Shown: positions 37,646 to 47,997, numbered from the stretch's first letter. The stretch is 63,863 bases of DNA from Cloacimonetes bacterium UBA3900 (GCA_002391675.1 DGFM01000038.1:1-63863), one strand, 5' to 3'. Made by a program: numbers and translations. The notes: generated by a model from the letters alone, not told the origin.

Positions 37646-38839
37646 ATGATGAGGTATGGTGACATTATGAAGGTTATTATGTTTCACAGCGTCGGCTGTG
37701 ATAATACTGCCTGGAAGCGGAGTTTTCTCTCTGTTCCTCTGCAGCAATTTGAAGCATTTTGTCGGTTTATCCACAAAAACATGATTAAGGCTCACTTTCT
37801 TGATGAGTGGTATGAGGCTCAAGCATCGGGTAAGAGCCATCTTCAAGGTCTGGTTTTAACCTTTGATGACGGTTATTTGGACAACTGGGTATATCTATTT
37901 CCCCTGTTGCAGAAGTATCAGATTAAAGCTACAATCTTTGTTAATCCGGGCTTTGTGGATCCTGTGCCAGAGAAGAGATGTAATTTGACCGATGTGTGGG
38001 AAAACAGATGTGAAGAGCACGACCTGCAGGCTTTGGGCTTTCTAAATTGGTCTGAGATTATTGAGATGCAAAAATCAGGTTGGGTGGATATCCAGTCACA
38101 CTCGATGAGCCACAATTGGCTTTTTTCCTCTGATAAGCTCGTCGACATCTATGCAAGGCAGGAAAAATATGACTGGCTGGCATGGTTGCTTCATCCCGAG
38201 CAGAAATATCAGTATATCTCCAATCCTCAGTTTGCCCATAAAACTCCACTTGGGTTTCCTGTTTTTGAAAATGGCAGAGCCTTGGCAGTACGACAATTCA
38301 TACCCAATACAGATTTTATTGACTATGCCATTTCTCTGTATGCTGAAACCGCCGAGTCTCAGGCGGATACTGGTGCCAAATTTGAGGGTATTGTGGCCAA
38401 GTTAACCGATTTTGGAGAGAAAAATGGCTTTGGAGAGTACGAGTCTGAAGAGATGCAAAAACAGAGATATTGGAGCGAGCTCAAGGATTCAAAAGATATT
38501 TTGGAACAGAAGCTGAATAAGGAAGTAAGATTTCTATGCTGGCCGGGAGGGGGATACAATGATCTTAGTGTAGCATTATCCTGGGATGCAGGCTACAAGG
38601 CTTCCACTATTGCCTCTTGGGACAATCACAGCATTATTGATAACAAAGATGCACGAAAAAGAGTAAAAAGAATTACGCTAAGCCACAGCTTGAAAATAGG
38701 AGATAAAGGGCACTATCCCCTGAAAAATCACTTTATGGCTATGTCCTACAGAGCAAAAAGTGGGAGCGCCATTAACAAATGGGCCCTCAGAGCCGTGAAG
38801 GCGTTTTATCTTGTTAAAGGAGTTTTGGGTGGGAATTAG
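37646..38839 (+). CDS. Polysaccharide deacetylase (NodB family)
   Basis: LVLTFDDGYLDNWVYLFPLLQKYQIKATIFV and IQSHSMSHNW. The start is more likely ATG 37667 (MKVIMFHSVG). Confidence 0.8.
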   Translation: MMRYGDIMKVIMFHSVGCDNTAWKRSFLSVPLQQFEAFCRFIHKNMIKAHFLDEWYEAQASGKSHLQGLVLTFDDGYLDNWVYLFPLLQKYQIKATIFVNPGFVDPVPEKRCNLTDVWENRCEEHDLQALGFLNWSEIIEMQKSGWVDIQSHSMSHNWLFSSDKLVDIYARQEKYDWLAWLLHPEQKYQYISNPQFAHKTPLGFPVFENGRALAVRQFIPNTDFIDYAISLYAETAESQADTGAKFEGIVAKLTDFGEKNGFGEYESEEMQKQRYWSELKDSKDILEQKLNKEVRFLCWPGGGYNDLSVALSWDAGYKASTIASWDNHSIIDNKDARKRVKRITLSHSLKIGDKGHYPLKNHFMAMSYRAKSGSAINKWALRAVKAFYLVKGVLGGN

Positions 38840-40160
38840 AAGCTGTCTATTCCGTATCATACATGATCATATCAAAAAAGATGATCTCTTTGCTAACTAT
38901 CGAATGTTGTTAGAATCCCAGTATTGGGATGAGGATAAAATGCAAGCGTACCAGTTTGGATTACTCCGCAAGCTGTTAGTGGACGCTTATGATGATACGC
39001 TATACTACAAAGAATTATTTGATGGCTTGGGGATTAATCCGCGGGACATAAGAAAAATCGAGGACCTTCGCCAGCTTCCGATTCTCACCAAGAATGACAT
39101 TACACAAAACCTGGAGAGTATGACCTCACGTAAAAGGAATCCAAAGAATAGCAAAACTAATTCAACCAGTGGCTCAACAGGCGTTGCTTTAAAATTCTAC
39201 TCACCCACAAACGTAACCATGATGAGAGCTATCATGATGCGCTGTTCACAATGGATGGGTGTCGGGTTGGATGATAGAACGCTGCAAATATGGGGACATG
39301 GTTTCGGAGAGAAAGAGGGCTTTGTAAAGCGACTTAAGCTCTTTCTGAATAATAATAAAGTAATTTCGGGATATGATCTGTCGGATGCAGATATGGAAGA
39401 GATTATAGAGGTGTTCCGTAAAAGAAAGCCGAAGTTATTCATCACCTATCCCAGTATTTTGGAGCATATTGGCAATTATTGTATTCCCAGAAAGATCGAA
39501 ATCAGGGTGGATGTGATTCGCATAGGTGGCGAAAAGCTGTATCCCCATCAGAGGGAGTTGGCCATGAAGGTTTTCGGTGCCCCGGTTTTTGACTTTTATG
39601 GCAGCCGCGACATCACCTCTATTGCTATGGAGTGTAAGGAGCATCACGGACTTCACATTATGAGTGAAAATGTAATTGTAGAAGTGCAAGACGACAATGG
39701 CAATTTTGTTACTGAGGGAGAGGGGGACCTGATTGTTACCCACCTGCACAACTGGGTTACGCCCTTTATCCGCTATCGCATTGGGGATAGGGTGAGAATA
39801 TCCCAGCGTAAATGTTCTTGTGGAAGGAAACTGCCTTTGATTGAAGAAGTGTTGGGACGCTCTTTTGATATGATTACCTTCCCCAATGGTAATTCTGTAA
39901 TGGGCACTTTTTGGACCTTTCTTTTTAAGAGCAAACCAGGGATAGATCAGTTTTCGGTTCATTTGGTAGCCAAGGATAGGCTTACTATTAAGTATGTCGC
40001 CAGGAACATGCTTTCAGATGCTGCGAAGGAGTACTTTGTATCGGAGATAAAGAAGAAATCCGGCGCAGGGCTCAAGGTCGACTTTGTTCTCGTAGACAGC
40101 ATACCCGTGACATCTGCCGGAAAGCTAAAGTTTGTGTTTGATGAGACCAGGCAGCCTTGA
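38811..40160 (+). CDS. CapK/PaaK-like adenylate-forming ligase (phenylacetate-CoA ligase / F390 synthetase family)
   Basis: LPILTKNDI, TSGSTGVALKF (AMP-binding motif), and a C-terminal SAGKLKFV. The TTG start is uncertain. Confidence 0.7.
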   Translation: MLKEFWVGIRSCLFRIIHDHIKKDDLFANYRMLLESQYWDEDKMQAYQFGLLRKLLVDAYDDTLYYKELFDGLGINPRDIRKIEDLRQLPILTKNDITQNLESMTSRKRNPKNSKTNSTSGSTGVALKFYSPTNVTMMRAIMMRCSQWMGVGLDDRTLQIWGHGFGEKEGFVKRLKLFLNNNKVISGYDLSDADMEEIIEVFRKRKPKLFITYPSILEHIGNYCIPRKIEIRVDVIRIGGEKLYPHQRELAMKVFGAPVFDFYGSRDITSIAMECKEHHGLHIMSENVIVEVQDDNGNFVTEGEGDLIVTHLHNWVTPFIRYRIGDRVRISQRKCSCGRKLPLIEEVLGRSFDMITFPNGNSVMGTFWTFLFKSKPGIDQFSVHLVAKDRLTIKYVARNMLSDAAKEYFVSEIKKKSGAGLKVDFVLVDSIPVTSAGKLKFVFDETRQP

Positions 40161-40315
40161 CAGTGCTTGTCTATAATGTGGTATACTTTAGCTATTCTAC
40201 ATCAACCAAGAGCAAATGGGTTTTGATCAACCTCCTTTGCATGGGAAGCAGATGCTCATCCTTTGATAACTTGGGCTTAGGCAAGCTGCGGTTCTTGAAC
40301 AGATTGTAATTTGAT

Positions 40316-41371
40316 ATGAAGAAACCTACCATCCTCCACCTTGTCACCTCTTTAGGCCGAGGGGGTGCAGAACGTCAATTGGCTACCATCGCAAACCATG
40401 CAGATGAAACGAACAATATCATCTTTTCTTTCCATGATAGAGCTACAGGCTATTTGGATGATCCGGCCAAGATAAAGGCGTTTAAAAGCAAGGGGCTTAT
40501 CAGTAGGCTTTTTGAGCTCAGGTCTATTCTGCGCGAGCAAAAGCCGGATCTCATCTATGCTTGGGCACCGCTACCTTATGTTTTGGCATCCCTTGCCGCA
40601 TTTGGGCGAGGCTCCAAGATAATCAATGGAAGCATCCGCCATGGTATTTTTAAAAGAACGCCTAATGGCTACTTTAGAAAATGGCTTTTGCAGAGCTCCC
40701 GCTATGTGGTGGCAAATTCCTATGCGGGCTTACAAGCAAATGGGATCAAGAAGGGTTTTGTGCTCTACAATGGCATTGATCCTAAGTTTGATAAAGCAAA
40801 TTGGCCAAAAGGGTCTCAAGGAGAATCAGGTAAAGTGCTCAATTTACTATCCATCGCCAATTTGGTGCCGGTTAAGGATTACTTTACTGTGCTGGAGGCT
40901 CTTAAAAAGATCAAAGATGATGGCTTTAGCTTTCATTACTGCATTATTGGTGAAGGGCCACTGAGAAGTGAGATAGAAACAAGGATAAGGGAATTGGAGC
41001 TGTCTAAAATGGTCCAGCTTCTGGGTCGAGTCAATGACCCTGAGACCCATCTGGCACGGGCAGATATCTTCATCCACTCCTCCAAAGGGGAAGGATGCTC
41101 CAATGCTATTTTGGAAGCGATGTATATGGCTCTCCCTGTGATTGCTTCGGATACGGGTGGCACCTCGGAAATCGTGGTCTCAAATGCAATTCTTTTCGAA
41201 TACAAAAATATCCGGCAGCTTTATGAAGCTATCAAGAAGCTGTTGCAGGATGAGAACCTGAGAAAGGATATGGCTGCTGAATCTTATAGAATTGCCAGCA
41301 GCAGGTTCAGTGTGAAAAGTATGCTGGCTAACTATAACTCCATCATAACCGAAATACTAGCAGGTAAATAA
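40316..41371 (+). CDS. Glycosyltransferase family 4
   Basis: Paralogous to the 36527 gene: ILHLVTSLGRGGAERQ and HSSKGEGCSNAILEAMYMALPVIASDTGGTSE. Confidence 0.8.
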   Translation: MKKPTILHLVTSLGRGGAERQLATIANHADETNNIIFSFHDRATGYLDDPAKIKAFKSKGLISRLFELRSILREQKPDLIYAWAPLPYVLASLAAFGRGSKIINGSIRHGIFKRTPNGYFRKWLLQSSRYVVANSYAGLQANGIKKGFVLYNGIDPKFDKANWPKGSQGESGKVLNLLSIANLVPVKDYFTVLEALKKIKDDGFSFHYCIIGEGPLRSEIETRIRELELSKMVQLLGRVNDPETHLARADIFIHSSKGEGCSNAILEAMYMALPVIASDTGGTSEIVVSNAILFEYKNIRQLYEAIKKLLQDENLRKDMAAESYRIASSRFSVKSMLANYNSIITEILAGK

Positions 41372-41373
41372 GG

Positions 41374-42435
41374 ATGGTTACTATGAAAATCGGTATTATT
41401 CGCAACGAGGATCCTGAGTCCGCCAAAGATTGGATTCAGGCTTGCAAGAACAGGAAGCTGGACTACACAGTAATAGACATTAGTGCAGATAACTGGTTAG
41501 AACAGGTTCTGAGCAGTCAGGCAGATTTCTTTGTTACCCAGCCCCCTGGGATATATGAACGCTTTAAAACCATGTTTGACGAGCGTATTTACATTATCAC
41601 TCAAGAGCTGGGCATGAAAGTGTTCCCCAGCTTTACTGAAAGCTTGATCTATGAAAACAAGAAGATGAGCTCATATTATTTTAAGGCCAAGAATATTTTG
41701 CATCCCCAAACTTGGGTTTTTTATAGCTATCAAGAAGCGGAAAGCTTCGTCCAGAAGGCCGAATATCCCTTTGTAGCCAAGACTTCTATCGGTGCTTCTG
41801 GTTCAGGTGTCAAAATCATTAAATTTCCTAAAGAAGCGATGGCTTATATTCATCTTGCTTTCAAGGGAAAGGGAATTAAGAGAAGGTTTGGCCCTAATAG
41901 GAATACGGGCTCCCCCCAAAAGTGGGCAGCTAAAACCATCAAAAGCCCCAGTTACTTCATCAAAAGACTTAAGTACTATCTCGAAATTGTTGGTAATACC
42001 CAGTTTGGATATGTGATCTTTCAGGAATATATCCCTCACACTTTTGAATGGAGAGTGGTGAAAATTGGAGACTCATATTTTGTTCATAAAAAAATTGTGG
42101 TGAAGGATAAGGCAAGCGGGGGCAAAGTAAAAGAATTTGGCTTTCCACCCGAGTCAGTTTTGGACTATGTAAAATCTTTATGCAACGAACATGATTTCCA
42201 TTGTGTCTGTGTGGATTTATTCGAGTCCGAACGTGGCTATCTTGTGAATGAGATCCAGTGTGTGTTTGGCATCCCTTACAAGTATCTGGCAAAGGTTGGA
42301 GATGATGTTGGTAGATTTATTCAGAAGGATGGCGCTTGGGCTTTTGAAAAAGGCGACTTTACAGTAAACGAAGCATGTGATCTTAAGTTAGAGGCAGCTA
42401 CAAAGCTGTTTTCACATAACAAGGAAGATGGCTGA
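41374..42435 (+). CDS. ATP-grasp domain protein (RimK/Ddl-like carboxylate-amine ligase)
   Basis: YPFVAKTSIGASGSGVKII, FQEYIP...EWRVV, and VDLFESERGYLVNEIQ (Mg/ATP-binding E/N region). Confidence 0.65.
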   Translation: MVTMKIGIIRNEDPESAKDWIQACKNRKLDYTVIDISADNWLEQVLSSQADFFVTQPPGIYERFKTMFDERIYIITQELGMKVFPSFTESLIYENKKMSSYYFKAKNILHPQTWVFYSYQEAESFVQKAEYPFVAKTSIGASGSGVKIIKFPKEAMAYIHLAFKGKGIKRRFGPNRNTGSPQKWAAKTIKSPSYFIKRLKYYLEIVGNTQFGYVIFQEYIPHTFEWRVVKIGDSYFVHKKIVVKDKASGGKVKEFGFPPESVLDYVKSLCNEHDFHCVCVDLFESERGYLVNEIQCVFGIPYKYLAKVGDDVGRFIQKDGAWAFEKGDFTVNEACDLKLEAATKLFSHNKEDG

Positions 42436-42452
42436 GATAAATAGGTAGCGAG

Positions 42453-43469
42453 ATGCCAGTAAGAAAACTATACAAATCACTTCGGGCTAAGCTGAACACC
42501 AAGCAAAGGTCAGCCTTATCTAAACTTGTCTTTTCCATCAGTGGCAAGCCCTTCGTCTATGCTCAAAACCAGGCGATCTACAAGGGCTTTCCGCAGCAGC
42601 AGCGAGGTGGTTTTATTATCTCTGCAGATTTTGAAATGGCCTGGGCTTTTCGCTACTCCAAACGTAAGGTGGATCCACTAGCCATGGCGCAACTGGAGAG
42701 AGAAAACATCCCCGAGCTGCTCAAGCTATTCGAAAGATACAATATCCCCATTACCTGGGCTACAGTTGGGCATCTGATGCTTGAGAGCTGCAAGAAAGGT
42801 GACCATGATTGGATGCAGCGGTTGCCCTATGTGGATGACCATTGGAAGTATACATCTGGAGATTGGTTTGATGCAGACCCATATACGGATTACAAAGCCG
42901 ATAACGCTTGGTACGCCCCCGATATGTTGGAGCTCATTTTACAATCCCCGGTCAAACACGAGATTGGCTGTCATACCTTTTCTCATATAGATTGTCTGGA
43001 TCGTAATTGTCCACCTCAGGTTTTGGATGACGAAATAGTTGCCTGTAAAAATGCCGCCAAGGCTTGGGATATAGAGCTTAAATCCTTCGTTTTTCCTGGG
43101 GGAACTGCGGGGAATTACCCAATCCTTAATAAACATGGCTTCCAAATATATAGAAAGAACGTTGACCACGATCTTGCCTATCCTTATCCAGATGAGTATG
43201 GTATGCTAATCACTCCAAGCACTTCTGCCTTTGGTAGAATTCATGATTGGAGCGCGGACTACTATATCTATAGGTTTAAGACCATGTTAGACAAGGCGGT
43301 TAAAACAAACACAGTGGCTCATATTTGGTTGCATCCCTCAGTGGATAAATGGACCATCGCTGAGGTGATGCCAGAAGTGCTTAGGTATGCCTCAGATTTA
43401 AGAGAAGCGGGAAAGCTCTGGATTGGAACTATGGGTGATATCGCCAACCACATCAATGGTGGTGAGTAA
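42453..43469 (+). CDS. Polysaccharide deacetylase-like protein
   Basis: IISADFEMAWAF, NIPITWATVGHL, EIGCHTFSHID, and WLHP near the C-terminus. Confidence 0.65.
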   Translation: MPVRKLYKSLRAKLNTKQRSALSKLVFSISGKPFVYAQNQAIYKGFPQQQRGGFIISADFEMAWAFRYSKRKVDPLAMAQLERENIPELLKLFERYNIPITWATVGHLMLESCKKGDHDWMQRLPYVDDHWKYTSGDWFDADPYTDYKADNAWYAPDMLELILQSPVKHEIGCHTFSHIDCLDRNCPPQVLDDEIVACKNAAKAWDIELKSFVFPGGTAGNYPILNKHGFQIYRKNVDHDLAYPYPDEYGMLITPSTSAFGRIHDWSADYYIYRFKTMLDKAVKTNTVAHIWLHPSVDKWTIAEVMPEVLRYASDLREAGKLWIGTMGDIANHINGGE

Positions 43470-45301
43470 TGGCTGGAATAACGGGAATCATAGCTCTAAA
43501 GCCCGATGGCTTGGTCAGGGATACATCAATCTTTGAGCGGATGATAGTCGGCATTAAGGCGGAAGTAACCCAAGAGCATAGTAGCTTCTACGATGAAAAT
43601 GTTTTTGTTTCTATTGTTTCTCAAACAAGATCAAGTCCGAAAGCCAACTTTTACCACGACCAAGAGTATGGTATCATCTGTGCCTTGGATGGATTTTGCT
43701 TTATTGACGAACAGGCGGCTGCCGGGTTCGCTCGGGATGAAAGTGTTCCCAAAGATGCGAGCACTTTAGCTAAGATAGTTCACCTGTATCGGAAGCTGGG
43801 TGAGGAAGTGTTCAGGCATCTCCGAGGTAGCTTTAACCTACTCATCTATGATGCCGAAAAACGGAGAACCATTTTGGCGAACGACAGGTTTGGTTTCTAT
43901 CCAATGTACTATGCTCAAAGTGCAGAATACTTGATCTTTTCTTCCAAGCTCAGTTCCATAATTGATTCCGGTCTCATCCAATCGCCCCAAGCAGATCTTG
44001 CCAGCATAGTGGAGCATCTATACTTTGGCTATGTAATCTCTGAGCACAGTTACATCCGGGGTGTTTGCACTTTACCCAATGCCAGTGTAATCAAGGTCGA
44101 AGACTGCCAAGTTGCCATAGATAAGTATTGGAAAATGGCATCAGAATATGGCAGGAATCCGCTTAATAAAAAGCAGAGTATTGAAGCTGTTGACCAAGGC
44201 TTAAGGGCGGCTATTTCCCGCATAGCTCAGGTGGACGAAGCACTGTTGTGCTCTATCACCGGAGGCTGGGATAGCCGTGTGGTGCTTTCCTATCTGCTGC
44301 CTCAGGCAAGAAAGCGCCTGAATTGCTATTCTTTCGGTGCCGGCGATGCGCCCGACGTCACTATTCCTCAGCTAATCAGCAGCAAAGAGTCCTTTCGCTA
44401 TCGTCCTTTCAGCTTGGACCAAACCTATCTTGATAATGACTTTATCGCTGCAGCTCAAGATACGATCAGACTTTCTTCAGGTACCAGGAACTACAAGAGG
44501 ACCCACTATCTTTATGCTCTCCGGGAGATGGGTGAATACTCTCAACATCTTATCAGTGGCATTTTTGGGGATCAGGTGTTTAAAGCTGGCAGACCTAAAG
44601 GCAATGTGGTTTTGAGCAGCGCAATATTGAACCCTCTGGAATCTAACTTTGATCTGGATTACCTGAACACGGACTTACAGTCCTTTTTGAAAGCGTTTTT
44701 GCCCGAGCATGATAGCAAAGAGCTGCTGTCCGAACTGTTAAACAGGATGGCTTCGCTAAAAGATCAATTCTCTATCTATGCCTCTGCACCTGAAAGATAT
44801 ATCGCTTTCCGTTTTGAGATAAACCTGCGTAGATACTTTGGTAACGAAGCCAGCAGCTATAACGACTATGCCTTGTGCTACTCTCCTTTTACAGATTATG
44901 ATTTTGTGAAAACCTGGCTTATTACCTTTTATGCGGGGCAGCTATACCCTTTCCAGCCGGCTACCAAAGCCATGCAAAGAAATAGTGGTACCCTCTACGC
45001 AACCTTGGTGAAACGGAACTATAAGCCCTTGATTTACTATCCAACAGCGAGAGGATATACCATGGCAGATACCCTCTCTTTCTTTGGCAGTTTCCGTATT
45101 TTGCTGGCCAGGCTGCAGAGAGAGAAAAATGCCCACAAGGATGCTTTTTCAACCAAAGATACTGTTGCTCTCTTCCAAAACATGCTGGCCCAGGAAAACA
45201 TAAAATGTAGCTTTGACATAGGCAGGTTCAAGGGAACAAATGCCTATGATGATGCTTTGTCTTTATGTTACTGGCTTGCCATCAATGGCTTGGCTAAGTG
45301 A
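43469..45301 (+). CDS. Asparagine synthase (AsnB)-like amidotransferase lacking the N-terminal nucleophile Cys
   Basis: The N-terminus reads MAGITGI instead of the canonical MCGI. There is an Ntn-like domain (RGSFNLLIYD, NDRFGFYPMYY) and a PP-loop-like SITGGWDSRVV. TAATG overlap with the upstream gene. Confidence 0.75.
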   Translation: MAGITGIIALKPDGLVRDTSIFERMIVGIKAEVTQEHSSFYDENVFVSIVSQTRSSPKANFYHDQEYGIICALDGFCFIDEQAAAGFARDESVPKDASTLAKIVHLYRKLGEEVFRHLRGSFNLLIYDAEKRRTILANDRFGFYPMYYAQSAEYLIFSSKLSSIIDSGLIQSPQADLASIVEHLYFGYVISEHSYIRGVCTLPNASVIKVEDCQVAIDKYWKMASEYGRNPLNKKQSIEAVDQGLRAAISRIAQVDEALLCSITGGWDSRVVLSYLLPQARKRLNCYSFGAGDAPDVTIPQLISSKESFRYRPFSLDQTYLDNDFIAAAQDTIRLSSGTRNYKRTHYLYALREMGEYSQHLISGIFGDQVFKAGRPKGNVVLSSAILNPLESNFDLDYLNTDLQSFLKAFLPEHDSKELLSELLNRMASLKDQFSIYASAPERYIAFRFEINLRRYFGNEASSYNDYALCYSPFTDYDFVKTWLITFYAGQLYPFQPATKAMQRNSGTLYATLVKRNYKPLIYYPTARGYTMADTLSFFGSFRILLARLQREKNAHKDAFSTKDTVALFQNMLAQENIKCSFDIGRFKGTNAYDDALSLCYWLAINGLAK

Positions 45302-45332
45302 TGGTGGGTAGCAAATCGTTTAGTATTATAGT

Positions 45333-45755
45333 TCACATTCCTGTTACCTCCGTTAAAAGCCCTGCTTCAATGGCACTCTGTACGCTCCTGCAGGGCAAAT
45401 CTTGACTTTCTACCATTTCCCAGTTCAGGTCCAGAATATCAATGCCCAACGCCTTGGCTTGAGCATACATCAGTTTGATAAAGAGGTTGTGGCTGCTTCG
45501 AATAGGCTTCTCGTCTTCTGTTATGTTTGCATTATGAAGCACAACATACCGTTTCAATTCATTCACAAACTCATCTGGTACGTTTATCGAACACAAATGC
45601 TTGGTTGCTAAGCCAAGCTTCTTGTTTACTTCGGTATACCTTGGTTTTACATAACGTCTTGCGTAGACGTTGTTTGTGGATTTGTTACCATAGTATACCA
45701 GCCCGTCCATGGTCCCACTCAAACAAGGGGCACAATTCTTCATCGTTACTTTCAT
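45333..45755 (-). CDS. Hypothetical protein (~140 aa); the only minus-strand gene inside the glycan locus
   Basis: ATG 45755 is preceded by AAGGAGAC 4 nt upstream. The ORF-track start at 45845 is probably an over-extension. No motif recognised. Confidence 0.55.
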   Translation of the reverse strand: MKVTMKNCAPCLSGTMDGLVYYGNKSTNNVYARRYVKPRYTEVNKKLGLATKHLCSINVPDEFVNELKRYVVLHNANITEDEKPIRSSHNLFIKLMYAQAKALGIDILDLNWEMVESQDLPCRSVQSAIEAGLLTEVTGM

Positions 45756-46207
45756 TTTTGTCTCCTTTATTGTAGTTTTTAGTATCCAGGGCTTATTGTG
45801 GCGGGTGCGAGGCTCACGAGCCCATATCGCCAGCCTCTTTCCCATCCTCCACCTTTACATCCACCCTTATTAAATTAAGGAGGAATTAAGGTGGCAAACA
45901 AGTACCTTCTACAATGTACACTGACGACCTCACTTTTGCTCTTATTTCCCCTTGAGCTGAGCTTGTTTTATACCATTTAAGCACCAGATCCTCAGCGTGT
46001 ATAACTAAATATGTATTAGATGGTTCTAATGTTTGACCAACGTGTCATATCGTGACGTAAGTGAAATGAAACAATTGTTGCTGAGCTCCCGTGAAAGGTA
46101 AAGTAGCCTGCGTCCACGCCTTAATTCCGAATGATAATCCCCAAATCCCATTTAGTTACTGCCGGGGTTAGCCTCATAACATCACAACATCACCATTAGG
46201 AGAAGCA

Positions 46208-47317
46208 ATGAAGAAACAAGAAAGATTTAAGCTTGCAGAAATCAGTATATATGGCTACAAGTCTATAGGCAAACCACAAACCTTGAGCTTTGGTGACGTC
46301 AATGTGCTGATTGGAGCCAATGGAGCAGGCAAGAGCAACTTGGTTTCTTTTTTTCAGATGTTGAATCACATTGCTATAGGTAGACTACAGTTGTTCATTG
46401 GCAGAAATGGCTATGCTGAATCTGTTCTCTATTATGGCCCTCAGAAAACGGAAGCATTTAGGGCAAAAGTCAGATTTGAAAAGCAAGATATGTCTATAGA
46501 GTATGAGTTTTTCTTGGGTTATTCATATCAAGGGCAAATGACCTTTATTATAGAGTCATTTAAGACTACAGGTAAGCCCTTACAGTTTTTAGGTGCGGGT
46601 CATAGAGAGAGTCTGTTAAAAGAAAAAAAGTTGCGGGCACCAAGTGCTCTACCCCTCCTCTCACTACTCAGAGGTTGCGGGGTGTTTCAATTCCACGATA
46701 CTTCAAATAACTCATCTATCAGACAGCCCGCCAACATCAACGACAATCGTTACCTGCGTTCCGATGCGGGGAATCTGGCTGCTTTTCTCTATGCCATGCG
46801 TGAATCCAAGCAGGGAAGAAGATATTTTGAGCGCATTGAATTCGTGATTCACAGGATATTGCCCCAGTTTGAATCTTTTTTCTTGGAACCTGCAGTAGAA
46901 AACCCTAATTTTGTCAAGCTTAATTGGCGTTCGAAAAAGGAAGATTACATCTTTGGGGCGCATCAGTTATCAGATGGTTCACTACGCTTTATGGCATTGG
47001 CAGCCTTACTTTTACAGTCTCCTGAAACTCTGCCCAATGTGATCGTGATTGATGAGCCAGAGCTTGGCTTGCATCCCAAGGCATTGATGGATCTGGTGGG
47101 AATGATAAAAATAGCATCTGAAAACAGCCAAGTAATCCTCAGCACCCAATCCTCATTCTTGCTGGATTTTTTTGATGTGGATGATATCATTGTGGTGGAT
47201 GTAGAACATGATTCCTCAACTTATAAAAGATTAAACACAGAAGAGCTTGCCCAGTGGATCGAAGATTATTCCTTGGCTGAGTTGTGGGAGAAAAACATAC
47301 TGGGAGGGAGGCCGTGA
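46208..47317 (+). CDS. ABC/SMC-like ATPase (AAA_15/AAA_21 type)
   Basis: Walker A GANGAGKSN, signature-like HQLSDGSLRF, Walker B VIVIDEPELGLHP. The H-loop position reads STQS. Confidence 0.8.
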   Translation: MKKQERFKLAEISIYGYKSIGKPQTLSFGDVNVLIGANGAGKSNLVSFFQMLNHIAIGRLQLFIGRNGYAESVLYYGPQKTEAFRAKVRFEKQDMSIEYEFFLGYSYQGQMTFIIESFKTTGKPLQFLGAGHRESLLKEKKLRAPSALPLLSLLRGCGVFQFHDTSNNSSIRQPANINDNRYLRSDAGNLAAFLYAMRESKQGRRYFERIEFVIHRILPQFESFFLEPAVENPNFVKLNWRSKKEDYIFGAHQLSDGSLRFMALAALLLQSPETLPNVIVIDEPELGLHPKALMDLVGMIKIASENSQVILSTQSSFLLDFFDVDDIIVVDVEHDSSTYKRLNTEELAQWIEDYSLAELWEKNILGGRP

Positions 47318-47997
47318 CTCGTCTCCATATTTTCGCTGAGGGCCAAACTGAAAAACGGTTTGTTGAAGAGCTGCTAGTAAACCATCTTTTTGTGTTTGAG
47401 GTTTATGTACAGGTGAGCACTTTTACCACTAAATTTGATAAACAAAAAGGTAAGAAACATAAGGGAGGGATTGGCAACTACGAAAAAGTAAGACGGGAGA
47501 TAAACAATCTGCTTAGGGAAAATACCAGAGAATGCTTTAGAGTTACTACTATGATCGATCTTTATGGAATCCCTACAGATTTCCCGGGGCATCGTGAAGC
47601 TTTCTTGAAAAAAGACGCCTATGAGAAGGTGGATGCCTTGGAAAATGCGCTTGCAGCAGACATAGAGTGTAGTCGGTTTATACCTTATGTTCAGTTACAC
47701 GAGTTTGAAGCTTTACTATTTAGTGACCCAAACAAACTGAAGCACTTATACTTTGACAATGACAGACAAATAGGTGATCTGGTGGCATTGAGTGAAAAAG
47801 TGAATCCCGAGCTGATAAACGATGGTCCGCAAACGAGCCCATCGAAGCGAATCATGGCGGCTATAAGTAGTTATGATAAATGCTTTGCTGGAAGCAGTGT
47901 TGCCGGAGCGATTGGGTTAAATAAAATCAGAAACAAATGCAAGCATTTTGATGAATGGCTATGCAAACTTGAAAATCTGAATAAAGATGTACTGTAG
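47314..47997 (+). CDS. Small TOPRIM-like protein resembling the DUF4276 family
   Basis: The GTG start overlaps the ATPase stop (GTGA). N-terminal LHIFAEGQTEKRFV (acidic EGxxE strand), TTMIDLYG and LHEFEALLF. The family assignment is from memory and needs an HMM check. Confidence 0.65.
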   Translation: MTRLHIFAEGQTEKRFVEELLVNHLFVFEVYVQVSTFTTKFDKQKGKKHKGGIGNYEKVRREINNLLRENTRECFRVTTMIDLYGIPTDFPGHREAFLKKDAYEKVDALENALAADIECSRFIPYVQLHEFEALLFSDPNKLKHLYFDNDRQIGDLVALSEKVNPELINDGPQTSPSKRIMAAISSYDKCFAGSSVAGAIGLNKIRNKCKHFDEWLCKLENLNKDVL

